Under the pieces are notes generated by a model, which had not been told where the DNA came from, made no database searches, and saw only the letters and a program-made list of their open reading frames with translations. Below are positions 40,958-50,009 of a stretch of 64,000 bases of DNA, piece after piece. The stretch covers positions 37,325 through 101,324 of the forward strand of contig CAWCZJ010000009.1 in assembly GCA_963799955.1 (NCBI GenBank). Reading direction: 5' to 3'. The translations under genes were made by a program, and so were the position numbers. Each line of letters begins with the position of its first letter. Positions within the stretch are counted from its first letter, which is position 1. The stretch is from an uncultured Actinomycetes bacterium (GTDB lineage Bacteria; Actinomycetota; Actinomycetes; Acidothermales; Acidothermaceae).

Positions 40958-43900
40958 CTACGGCAAGACGGGGACGACGAGGGCGACGGCCGCAGCGACC
41001 CGATCGGCGGCAGCGAGTAGATGCACGGCGCCGATCTGCTCTAACAGCGGCCGCGCGCTCGACAGTGCCTCGGCCGCACCGCGCAGGTCGCCGTCGTCCG
41101 CAAGCCGCGTCGCTAGTTCGACCCGCACCTGGGCGGCCGGATATGCCGCGCCCATCGACGTGAAGATTTCGGCCGCGGCCCGCAGCCCAGCAATGGGGTC
41201 AGGCGACAGGTGCGCGCGCGCTCTTACGAGGTGGCCCTGCAGCAGCCGGAACCGCTGGCCACGCGGGACGGTTTCCAGCCTTTCGACCAGCTCGGTCAGG
41301 CGGGCACGTGCCCCGACCTCGAGCAGCAGGTCCAGCGCCAGGCCGAACGCCAGCGGCATGTCTTCGCTGGTCAGACCAAGGTCAGCCATGCGCTCCACGC
41401 TGTCAGCGGCCAGCGTCGCGGCGGCGCCGCGATTGCCAGCGAAATACGACTCGACGGCATCGCGCATGAGCACCCAGCCGTGCACAACCGGGTCGATCGA
41501 GTCGCGCGCCGGGCCGACCGCGGGAAGCAGCACCGTCGCGTCGTCGCGGCCATACGCAAGCAAGGCGAAGCCAGCCGCGAGGTAGGCCTCCCAGTCGATC
41601 CGGTCGCTGCGCTCGTCAGCGGGATGTCGCTGGCGGATTCCCTCAACCTCGGCCCAGCGGCCAGCCTCGAGGAAGCAGACGGCGAGGTGACCGTCCGCCA
41701 CGATGAGTGAGCCGATCAAGCCAAGTTCTTCGCTGCGCTGTTGGGCTGCGCTCGCCATCCGGGTTGCGGCGGCAAGATCGTCGGGTGCCAGCAGCGCGAC
41801 CTGATTCAGCATCCGCACAACAGCACGTGGGGTGCGGTCGTCACTGCGCGCGGTCGAGCCAGCGTGAACGACCATCGAGAAGCGCCGATAGCCTGCGCCG
41901 CTCGCCCATGCCGCAATCCCATCGAGGAACACATCGAAGTGGGATTCATCGCCGTAGCGCTCGATGTCTGGCAGTGCTTGCATCACGACTCGCTCGCCGA
42001 GCGCGAAGTCACCGGTGCTCTGGGCAGCTACCGAAATCGTCCGTGCCGCGAGGGCGAGCAACCCGACCCGGTCGGGCCGTCCCAGCGAGGCCGCGAAAAC
42101 CTCCTGGGCGAGTGGCACGGACGGCTGTGTATCGCCGCGCACACCGAACATCCGGGAGCGGTTCATGGTCAGGCGCAGCATCGCCTCCTCATCGCCTCGG
42201 CGCTCGGCCGCAAGCTGGCCTGCGGACAACCATCGATCGGTCTCGTCGAGTCGCGCCGCGGCGTCGAGCGCGATGGATGACGCTGCGATCGTGAGCCGGA
42301 TGACAGCTTCGTCCGGCAAGTCGAGTGCTAAAAGTTGGCCGTAGTGGGCGAGGGCGTCGGTCGGCGCACCAACACCAGCCGCATGAACAGCGGCTTGTTC
42401 TAGCAGCAGTGCAGCCCGGTTGCGCAAGGCCTCGACGTCAGGTGCGTCAGGCATCGCCGAGATGGCGTCGAGAATGTGCGCGGCAAGGACGCCCGCGATC
42501 GTGTCGGCGTCGGGCAGCGCGGCCAGGTGCTCAGCGACCGCGAGGTGCCTGGCATGCTTGTCGCGCCGCGACAGCGTGTCATAGGCGCTCGTGCGAAGCA
42601 GCGCTTGTACAAACCGGTATTGCCCGCGTTCGGGTGACCGCGGATCGTTGTCGACGATCAGAATTTCCTTGCGACGCAGGCTTTCCAGCGCCGCGTCGAG
42701 ATCGATATCGGACGGCGCGAGGGCACCGATCCCCGCTCGGGTGAAGCTCAAGCCGAGCACGCTGGCGTCTTGAATTACTCGGCGCTCGGCCGCAGGCAGC
42801 GCATCGAGACGGGCGGCGAGTAACGCCTGCAAGCTGGCTGGCGGCCCGAGAGCCGACAGGTCGAGCGCTCCGACGGCTTCAGGGTCAACGACGTATCGGC
42901 CGCCCTGGGCGACGACGACGTCACGGTCGATGAGCGCGCGGATAGTCTCGACGGCATACAGCGGTACGCCCTCCGCGCGGGCCACGAGTTCGGTCCGTAG
43001 GTCGCGGGGCAGGTCGGCCACCAACCCGTCGAGAAGCCGCACCATCACGTCGTCCGGCAATGGCTCGAGAAAGAGGGTGCTCGACCGCCGGCCGGCACCA
43101 ATGCCTGCACGGCGGCTCGTGACCTCGGGGCGGGCCAAGGCAAGCACCATGATGGCGGCCCGGCTGACATCGAGCAGGTAGTCAAGGAAGTCCAGAAAGC
43201 CGTCGTCGGCCCATTGCAAGTCTTCGACAATCATGGTGACCGACTCGTCGCCAGCACACAGCGACTCGAAGAATGCGCGCCAGCAAGCGAAAAGGTCGGC
43301 CTGGTCGAACACGGCGTCCGACAGTCCGAGCAAGCTGGCAAGGCGTGGGCGCAATACCTCGCGCTCGCCCTCCTCACTGACGTGGCGCGCGAGACGTTCG
43401 TCGAGCGCCGCCGTGACGGTCGCATCGTCGTCCGTCTCAGTTACACGCAAGAGCGAGCGCACCATCTCCGCGACAACGCGGCCCGCGACACCTTGGCCGT
43501 AGGAGAGGCAGCGACCGCGAAGCCAGTGCGTGCGCTGAGTGATGGAGTCGGCGTACTTCTCGAATTCCCATGCCAGTCGGGATTTTCCGATGCCGGGCTC
43601 GCCGGCAACGAGCACCAACCTGGCCCGTCGCTCCTCTGCCGTCGCGTGGAAAAGCTCCTTCACCAGGCGCAGTTCGCGGTCGCGCCCGACGAACGGCGCT
43701 TCGAGCCCGTCGACCCGTTGCGCACCGCCCGCGGCCGCGGTCGTGCGTACGGCGTGGAACAGTTCGACGGGGAACGACTTCCCCTTCAGTTCATGGGTTC
43801 CGGTCGACACATACGCCAGTGACGCAGTCGTGAGCGACCGCGTCGTGTCGTCAACCCAGACCTCACCGGGAGCCGCCGCGGCCTGAATCCGAGCGGCCGT

Positions 43901-44527
43901 GTTGACGGCGTCACCCGCGACGACTCCCTGTCCGTCGGAAGCGATCGCGCCCAGGGTGACGGCGACCTGCCCGGTGCTCACACCGACCCGCATCTGCAAC
44001 GCCTCGAGGCCGAACTCCTCGCCGAGTACACGCGCGGTGGCCACCAGGTCGAGCCCGGCTCGCACCGCTCGCTCGGCGTCATCCTCGCGAGCGGCAGGCA
44101 CTCCCCAGACAGCAAAGACGGCGTCGCCGATGAACTTCTCTACCGTGCCGTTGTAACGCTCGATGATCGCCCGGGCGCGCTCGAAATACGTCGAGAGCAG
44201 GTCGCGCACAGCCTCGGGGTCGCGCGCCTCGGCGATCGGTGTGAAGCCGACCATGTCGGCGAACAGCAGCGACGCCGTCCGTCTCTCGGACACCGGATCC
44301 GACGGCAAGCGGTCGCTATGGCCCGCTTGCGCGGGCACCGAGGCTCCGCTCTGACGCCCAGGGACCGGCGTCCCACATTCACTGCAGAACCGACCACCGC
44401 CGAGCGGCGCACCGCACACGCCGCACGCCTGCGACATCGGGTGGCCGCATTCGCTGCAGAATTTCGCGCCGACCCGATTCGCCGCCCCACAGCTGCTGCA
44501 GTCGGTCTCCGACCCGGCGCCAGGCAC
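40958..44527 (-). CDS. Double zinc ribbon / class III adenylate-guanylate cyclase / STAND P-loop NTPase / TPR multidomain protein
   Basis: A GTG at 44527 lies 5 nt after GAAGGAGG. Domains: CSSCG..FCSECG..CGVCG..FCSECG; cyclase motifs LLFADMVGFT, VEKFIGDAVFAVWG, GDAVNTAARIQ; FVGRDRELRL...LVAGEPGIGKSRL; then ~600 aa of helical repeats. The reading frame is uninterrupted. Confidence 0.85.
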   Translation of the reverse strand: MPGAGSETDCSSCGAANRVGAKFCSECGHPMSQACGVCGAPLGGGRFCSECGTPVPGRQSGASVPAQAGHSDRLPSDPVSERRTASLLFADMVGFTPIAEARDPEAVRDLLSTYFERARAIIERYNGTVEKFIGDAVFAVWGVPAAREDDAERAVRAGLDLVATARVLGEEFGLEALQMRVGVSTGQVAVTLGAIASDGQGVVAGDAVNTAARIQAAAAPGEVWVDDTTRSLTTASLAYVSTGTHELKGKSFPVELFHAVRTTAAAGGAQRVDGLEAPFVGRDRELRLVKELFHATAEERRARLVLVAGEPGIGKSRLAWEFEKYADSITQRTHWLRGRCLSYGQGVAGRVVAEMVRSLLRVTETDDDATVTAALDERLARHVSEEGEREVLRPRLASLLGLSDAVFDQADLFACWRAFFESLCAGDESVTMIVEDLQWADDGFLDFLDYLLDVSRAAIMVLALARPEVTSRRAGIGAGRRSSTLFLEPLPDDVMVRLLDGLVADLPRDLRTELVARAEGVPLYAVETIRALIDRDVVVAQGGRYVVDPEAVGALDLSALGPPASLQALLAARLDALPAAERRVIQDASVLGLSFTRAGIGALAPSDIDLDAALESLRRKEILIVDNDPRSPERGQYRFVQALLRTSAYDTLSRRDKHARHLAVAEHLAALPDADTIAGVLAAHILDAISAMPDAPDVEALRNRAALLLEQAAVHAAGVGAPTDALAHYGQLLALDLPDEAVIRLTIAASSIALDAAARLDETDRWLSAGQLAAERRGDEEAMLRLTMNRSRMFGVRGDTQPSVPLAQEVFAASLGRPDRVGLLALAARTISVAAQSTGDFALGERVVMQALPDIERYGDESHFDVFLDGIAAWASGAGYRRFSMVVHAGSTARSDDRTPRAVVRMLNQVALLAPDDLAAATRMASAAQQRSEELGLIGSLIVADGHLAVCFLEAGRWAEVEGIRQRHPADERSDRIDWEAYLAAGFALLAYGRDDATVLLPAVGPARDSIDPVVHGWVLMRDAVESYFAGNRGAAATLAADSVERMADLGLTSEDMPLAFGLALDLLLEVGARARLTELVERLETVPRGQRFRLLQGHLVRARAHLSPDPIAGLRAAAEIFTSMGAAYPAAQVRVELATRLADDGDLRGAAEALSSARPLLEQIGAVHLLAAADRVAAAVALVVPVLP

Positions 44528-44722
44528 GACTGCCTCCTTCGTACTACGCCGCGACTCGGGGTACCGGCCGCAGCCAGTCCGTGATCGGGACACGCAAAGG
44601 GTACGCCCGCGCGGGGCGGAAACGGCATCGAGGCTGACTCACCAATTGAGGCGCCGATATGCAACGCTTCCCCGACGCAACTGCACGCATAGTCGTGACC
44701 GCAGGACGGCGAGGAGAGCGGC

Positions 44723-46393
44723 GTGGCGGGCTCCAAAAGTAGTGGTCGCTACCGCGACGCATTGCGGCAGCGCGACTTTCGACTCATGGTCATCGCCTAC
44801 GTCGTCGATGCGCTCGGCGGCTGGGCGTACTCCGTCGTCCTCGCGGTCTACGTCTGGGATCGCACGCACTCGACTCAATGGCTGGCCGCGATGGCGTCGG
44901 CAGGTTGGCTGACCAGCTTGCTCGTCGGCGGCTACGCAGGTGTGCTCGCCGACCGCTACGAACGCACTCGGGTGATGATCGTCTCAGCCCTCGCGAACGC
45001 CGCGATCATGTGCGTGATCGCCGTCGTCGTCGGTACCAATTCGCCGCTGCTGCTGCTCCTGTTCCTGCGGGTCATCTCTGCCGCCGCCGGATCGCCCTAC
45101 CGGCCCGCCTCAGGAGCGCTCACCCCCGAGATTGTGGGCGAGCGAGATCTTGCCGCCGCCAACGGGCTTTTCTCGACACTGGAGAGCTTGACCGTCGTGC
45201 TCGGCCCCGCAGCCGGTGGTCTGCTGCTGCTCACCGGAGAACCGGTCACCGGCGTCATCGTGAACGCCGCGAGCTTCGTCGTAGCAGCCGGCATCGTCGC
45301 GCGGCTGCACGTTCGAGCGACTGGCGACGCCGCACCCGGCGAGAACGCCTTCAAGCAGTGGCTGGTCGGCATCAGGGCTCTAGGTCGAGAGCGCGTCGCC
45401 TTGGTGCTCGTCTTGTTCTGCGGGCTCGACTCTGCCGTCTACGGCGCGAGCACCGTCATCTACGTGCCGCTCTCAGAACACCTCGGAACCGGCGCCAACG
45501 GGTACAGCTACCTCCTTGCCGGGGCCGCTCTCGGTGGCGTGCTTGCCGCCGGTCTGGCGAACAAACTCGGCAGCTCCAGCCGCCTTGCGCCGGTCATCTT
45601 TGGCAGCATCCTGTTGCAGGCATTGCCTTTCGCTGTGACCGCGACCGTGCACGCGCCTGTGCTGGCATTCATCCTGCAGGTGATCTCGGGTGCCGGGATG
45701 ATCGTCGTCGACGTGCTGGCGTACACGGCACTGCAACGCGACCTGCCACGCGAAGTCCTCGGCCGGGTGCTCGGCGTATTCGATGCGATCGTCCTCGGGT
45801 TCATCGTCGCGGCCAGCTTCGTGGGCGCCGCCTTGCTCACGTCGCACGGCCTGCACACCACGCTGCTGGTGATCGGATTCGCCTTCCCCCTGCTGGCGTT
45901 GATCGGCCTGCCTGCGGTGTTGAAAGCCGATCGCGAGTCTGCGGCGGCGGTCGCACGGCTAGCCCCAACGGTACGGTTGCTCGGTGCCCTCGATCTCTTC
46001 ACCGGCGCAAGCAACTCCGTGCTCGAGAGATTGGCAAAGGCAGCAGTGGAACAAGAAACCCCGGCTGGCACGGTCATCATCCGCGAAGGCGACGAGGCCG
46101 ATGCGCTGTGGATCCTCGTCACCGGCAAGCTCGGCATCGAGGCAACCAATCCCGACGGCAATACGGTGGAGTTGCCCGACGTCGACGCGCCCTCGTATGT
46201 CGGCGAACTTGGTCTGCTCCACAACCGGCCGCGCAGTGCCACTGTCACGACCAAAGAGGCGTGCACGTTGCTGCGCATCGAAGGCAAGGAATTCCTCAAC
46301 GCTCTCGAGGCGGCACCACCGAGCGTGTCGTTGAAGACGCTTGCCGGCGTCCGTCTTGCCCGCACTCCGGGCCAAAGCGAGGTGCAGGAATAG
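44723..46393 (+). CDS. MFS transporter fused to a C-terminal cyclic-nucleotide-binding domain
   Basis: A GTG at 44723 lies 7 nt after gaggag. The first ~410 aa are polytopic and MFS_3-like (DALGGWAYSVVLAVYV..., GVLADRYERTRVM). The C-terminal CNB domain has VIIREGDEADALWILVTGKL and the phosphate-binding cassette YVGELGLLHNRPRSATVTT. Confidence 0.85.
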   Translation: MAGSKSSGRYRDALRQRDFRLMVIAYVVDALGGWAYSVVLAVYVWDRTHSTQWLAAMASAGWLTSLLVGGYAGVLADRYERTRVMIVSALANAAIMCVIAVVVGTNSPLLLLLFLRVISAAAGSPYRPASGALTPEIVGERDLAAANGLFSTLESLTVVLGPAAGGLLLLTGEPVTGVIVNAASFVVAAGIVARLHVRATGDAAPGENAFKQWLVGIRALGRERVALVLVLFCGLDSAVYGASTVIYVPLSEHLGTGANGYSYLLAGAALGGVLAAGLANKLGSSSRLAPVIFGSILLQALPFAVTATVHAPVLAFILQVISGAGMIVVDVLAYTALQRDLPREVLGRVLGVFDAIVLGFIVAASFVGAALLTSHGLHTTLLVIGFAFPLLALIGLPAVLKADRESAAAVARLAPTVRLLGALDLFTGASNSVLERLAKAAVEQETPAGTVIIREGDEADALWILVTGKLGIEATNPDGNTVELPDVDAPSYVGELGLLHNRPRSATVTTKEACTLLRIEGKEFLNALEAAPPSVSLKTLAGVRLARTPGQSEVQE

Positions 46394-46394
46394 C

Positions 46395-47273
46395 GTGCGC
46401 GCTTTCCTGTGCGGGGTGCGCGGCTCGACGCCGGCACCTGGCCCCGACTTCGTCCGGTACGGCGGCCACACATCGTCCGTCGCCCTCGCACACGACGGTG
46501 AGCGGCCGAGCTTCGTGATCGACGCAGGCACCGGATTGCGGCGGGTGACGAACCTCCTCAACGGCGCACCCTTTCGAGGCACCATCGTGTTGAGCCATTT
46601 GCACTGGGATCACGTGCACGGCTTGCCGTTCTTCCAGGGCGGTGCGAGAGGGACATCGCGTCAACGTCTTGCTGCCGGCGATCGACGGCGACGCGGTCGG
46701 CACCCTCGCCCGCGGACTCTCGCCGCCGCACTTCCCGATCGGACCGACGCAGATTACGGGACCGGTTGGACCTTCGACCCTTTGATCGAAGGTCCGCACG
46801 AACTCGAGGGCTTCGAAGTCCTTGTCCGGGAGATCCCGCACAAGGGCGGCCGGACGTTCGGGTTCCGCGTGTCCGACGAAGCCGGATCGATCGCCTACCT
46901 CGGCGACCATTTCCCTCTGGGCGAAGGGGCCGGGCCAGAAGGGCTCGGCGCCTACCATGAGGCGGCGCTCGCCCTTGCGCGTGACGTCGACGTGCTCCTG
47001 CACGACGCGCAGTTCCTGGCCGCACAGTTTCCGGGCGTGACCTACCTCGGACACTCGGCAATCGAGTACGCCATCGGGCTTGCAGTGCGTGCGGGCGCCA
47101 AGTCGCTGATGCTCTTCCACCACGCACCTGATCGCACCGATGACGAACTCGACGCCATCGTGGCGATGTTTGCGAACGCGCCCGTGCGAGTGATCGCCGC
47201 CACGCAGGAAACCGTCGCAGCCCTGGGTGTCCCTGGCAGCCCCATCATGACGACACTCAGCGCTGCGAGGTAG
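46395..47273 (+). CDS. MBL-fold metallo-hydrolase; two nearby compensating frame breaks
   Basis: A GTG at 46395 lies 2 nt after the MFS stop. The HxHxDH motif is VLSHLHWDHVHGLPFF. Between about 46650 and 46765 the sensible sequence (VNVLLPAIDGDAVGTLARGLSPPHFPIGPTQI) lies in a different frame from the flanks. Confidence 0.7.
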   Translation: MRAFLCGVRGSTPAPGPDFVRYGGHTSSVALAHDGERPSFVIDAGTGLRRVTNLLNGAPFRGTIVLSHLHWDHVHGLPFFQGGARGTSRQRLAAGDRRRRGRHPRPRTLAAALPDRTDADYGTGWTFDPLIEGPHELEGFEVLVREIPHKGGRTFGFRVSDEAGSIAYLGDHFPLGEGAGPEGLGAYHEAALALARDVDVLLHDAQFLAAQFPGVTYLGHSAIEYAIGLAVRAGAKSLMLFHHAPDRTDDELDAIVAMFANAPVRVIAATQETVAALGVPGSPIMTTLSAAR

Positions 47274-47293
47274 ACATCAACGACCGCCAGATC

Positions 47294-48349
47294 TCAACGA
47301 ATGACAGTGCCGCGGACGACGATGCGCCGGGGATTTCGTAGCACGTTCAGGTCTGCACGCGGATCGTCGTCGTAGACGACGAAGTCGGCGGGCGCACCTT
47401 CCGTGAGGCTCGGGAGACCCAGCCACTCGCGCGCTTTCCACGACCCCGCGCCAAGTACGTCGGCGTTCGACAAGCCAGCCCTCTGCAACGCCAGCATCTC
47501 CTCGACGACGAGTCCGTGCGGCAGGTTTCCGCCGGCATCGGTGCCGACGTAAATCGGTACGCCCGCTTCATGCGCCGCTGCGATTCGAGTGTCGGCGCTG
47601 CGTTGCAATCTGCGCATTCTCGCTGCGTACAAAGGATATTTCGTCGCTTGACTGGCGAACTTCTCGAAGTTCGCGACGTTGACCAGCGTCGGAACAACCG
47701 CGATACCGCGGCGCGCAACTTCTGCGACAGTTTGCTCATCAAGACCGGTGCCATGTTCGATCGAGTCGACGCCCGCCGCGATCAGGTCTGGCAGTGCTTC
47801 CTCGCCGAAAACGTGAACCGCTACTCGCGCACCTGCCTCGTGCGCGCGTCGGACAGCTTCTGCGAGAACGTCACCCGGCCAGCATGGCGCGAGGTCGCCC
47901 AGATCGCGGTCGATCCAGTCACCAACCAGCTTCACCCACGGTGTGCTGTGGCCACCTGGCCGGCGCGCCTGCTCCGCCGCTGCGTCCGGCAACTGCGCTG
48001 GCTCGAGTTCGATGCCGTAGCCCCGGATGTACCGGCGGGTGCGCGCGAGATGCCGGCCGGCGTGCACGATGCGGGGTAGATCGGGTTCGTCGTCGAGCTC
48101 AAGGTAGGTGTGCGGTACGCCGGTATCGCGCAACAGCAACGCACCGACATCGCGATCGGCGATCGCGTGAGCGCGCGCCTCCTCGAGCGGCACGCCGCCT
48201 TCGGCCGCCAAGCCAACATGGCAATGCGCGTCAACCAGACCCGGCAACACAAAGCCGCGGTCGGCGAAGGTACTGCTCTCGGCCGGCTGCTCGAACGTGA
48301 TGCGCCCGTCGACGACGAAGAACTCGCCGGCCTCGGCGTCGGGTAGCAC
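47294..48349 (-). CDS. Amidohydrolase-family metal-dependent hydrolase
   Basis: LPGLVDAHCHVG (HxH), VHVFGEEA, IEHGTGL and GTDAGG. It occupies the conserved position next to ffh in actinobacteria. Confidence 0.85.
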   Translation of the reverse strand: MLPDAEAGEFFVVDGRITFEQPAESSTFADRGFVLPGLVDAHCHVGLAAEGGVPLEEARAHAIADRDVGALLLRDTGVPHTYLELDDEPDLPRIVHAGRHLARTRRYIRGYGIELEPAQLPDAAAEQARRPGGHSTPWVKLVGDWIDRDLGDLAPCWPGDVLAEAVRRAHEAGARVAVHVFGEEALPDLIAAGVDSIEHGTGLDEQTVAEVARRGIAVVPTLVNVANFEKFASQATKYPLYAARMRRLQRSADTRIAAAHEAGVPIYVGTDAGGNLPHGLVVEEMLALQRAGLSNADVLGAGSWKAREWLGLPSLTEGAPADFVVYDDDPRADLNVLRNPRRIVVRGTVIR

Positions 48350-48408
48350 CGTCGCTCGAACGCGCAGCGCCGGTGTCGTGTCGCGCAGCGGCGCCGATGG
48401 GGTCGCGC

Positions 48409-49984
48409 TCAGCGCGGCCTCGGACCAGCCGGACCCTGATTGCCTGGATTGCCGCCGGTCGGCGGGAAGCGGAACTTGGAGAGATCCGGCATCTTCATGC
48501 CCGGTGGCAACTGGGCCGGCAAACCGAGGCCACCGTCAGCGCCGGGCAACGAGCGGGTGAGCCCGGGCGGCAACGCTGCAGGTGGTGCGCCTCCTGGGCG
48601 TCCGCCCGGCCGGCCACCCTTGCCCTTCTTGCCCTTCTTCACAGCCTTCGTCGCGCGCCGCGCGCCCATGCCTGGGAGGCCGCCCATGCCGGCCATCTGC
48701 TTCATCATCTTGCGGGCTTCGAAGAAGCGGTCGACGAGGCTGTTGACCTCAGCCACAGTGACGCCGGAACCCTTGGCGATGCGCACTCGTCGCGACCCGT
48801 TGATGATCTTCGGGTCCTCGCGCTCGATCGGCGTCATCGAGCGGATGATGGCGGCGATGCGGTCGACGTCCTTGTCATCGACCTGCGCGATCTGCTCCTT
48901 CATCTGCCCCATGCCCGGCAACATGCCGAGCAGGTTGCCGATAGGCCCCATCTTGCGCAGCATCATCATCTGCTCGAGGAAGTCCTCGAGGGTCAGCTCA
49001 CCTTCGGTGAGCTTGCGGGCGGTCTCTTCGGCCTCACCGGCGTCATACGCACTTTGGGTCTGCTCGATCAGCGTCAGGATGTCGCCCATACCGAGAATGC
49101 GCGAAGCCATGCGCTCGGGATGGAACGTGTCGAAGTCTTCGAGCTTCTCCCCCGTGCTGGCGAACATGATTTGACGGCCAGTCAGTGACGCCACCGACAA
49201 GGCAGCACCACCGCGGGCGTCACCATCGAGCTTCGTGAGCACGACGCCGTCGAAACCGACGCCGTCGAGGAATGCCTGCGCGGTGTTGACGGCGTCCTGG
49301 CCGAGCATGGCGTCGACAACGAACAGGATCTCGTTCGGGTCGACGGCATCGCGGATGTCGATCGCCTGCTGCATCATCTCGGCGTCGACGCCGAGGCGGC
49401 CCGCCGTGTCGACGATGACGATGTCGTGACCCATGCGCTTGGCGTGCTCGATGGCGGCCTTCGACACCGCGACCGGATCGCCAACGCCACTACCCGGCTC
49501 GGGGGCGAAGACCGGGACGCCAGCCTGCTTGCCGATCACCTGAAGCTGCTAGCACGGCGTTGGGCCGCTGCAAGTCGGCGGCTACCAAGAGTGGTGCATG
49601 CCCCTGCCCCGACAGCCACTTGGCGAGCTTGCCGGCCAGCGTCGTCTTACCCGCACCCTGCAGGCCGGCCAGCATGATCACGGTCGGGGGGTTCTTCGCG
49701 TAGCGGAGACGCCTGGTCTGGCCGCCGAGGATCTGGACCAGTTCCTCGTTGACGATCGAGATGACCTGCTGCGCCGGGTTCAGCGCTTGGGAGACCGCCG
49801 CCCCGCGCGAACGCTCCTTGACCGCGTCGACGAAGTCCCTGACCACCGACAGGGCGACGTCAGCCTCAAGAAGCGCGATGCGGATCTCGCGGGTGGTCGC
49901 GTCGATGTCGGCATCCGACAACCGACCCTTGCCGCGCAGGTTCTTGAAGACCGACTCGAGCCGGTCAGAGAGGGTGTCGAACAC
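48409..49984 (-). CDS. ffh: Signal recognition particle protein Ffh; frame break near 49545
   Basis: A GTG at 49984 starts VFDTLSDRLESVFKNLRG...LAGLQGAGKTT...VAADLQRPNAV (ORF 49490..50083). This continues as QLQVIGKQAGVPVF...DTAGR...TKLDGDARGG...M-domain (ORF 48409..49539). At the junction gtg-ctag-cagcttcag has one nucleotide too many. Confidence 0.9.
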
Positions 49985-50009
49985 GCGCGCCAGCCTACCG
50001 AGCCTTAAG

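Noticed and set aside
44581-44593. A CRP/GlxR-like site, cGTGAtcgggaCACg, between the cyclase and the MFS-CNB genes
   Set aside because: The location is attractive for cAMP autoregulation. However, the half-sites are one base too close (GTGA-N5-aCAC against the consensus TGTGA-N6-TCACA), and the flanking T and A of the consensus are absent. It cannot be distinguished from chance.
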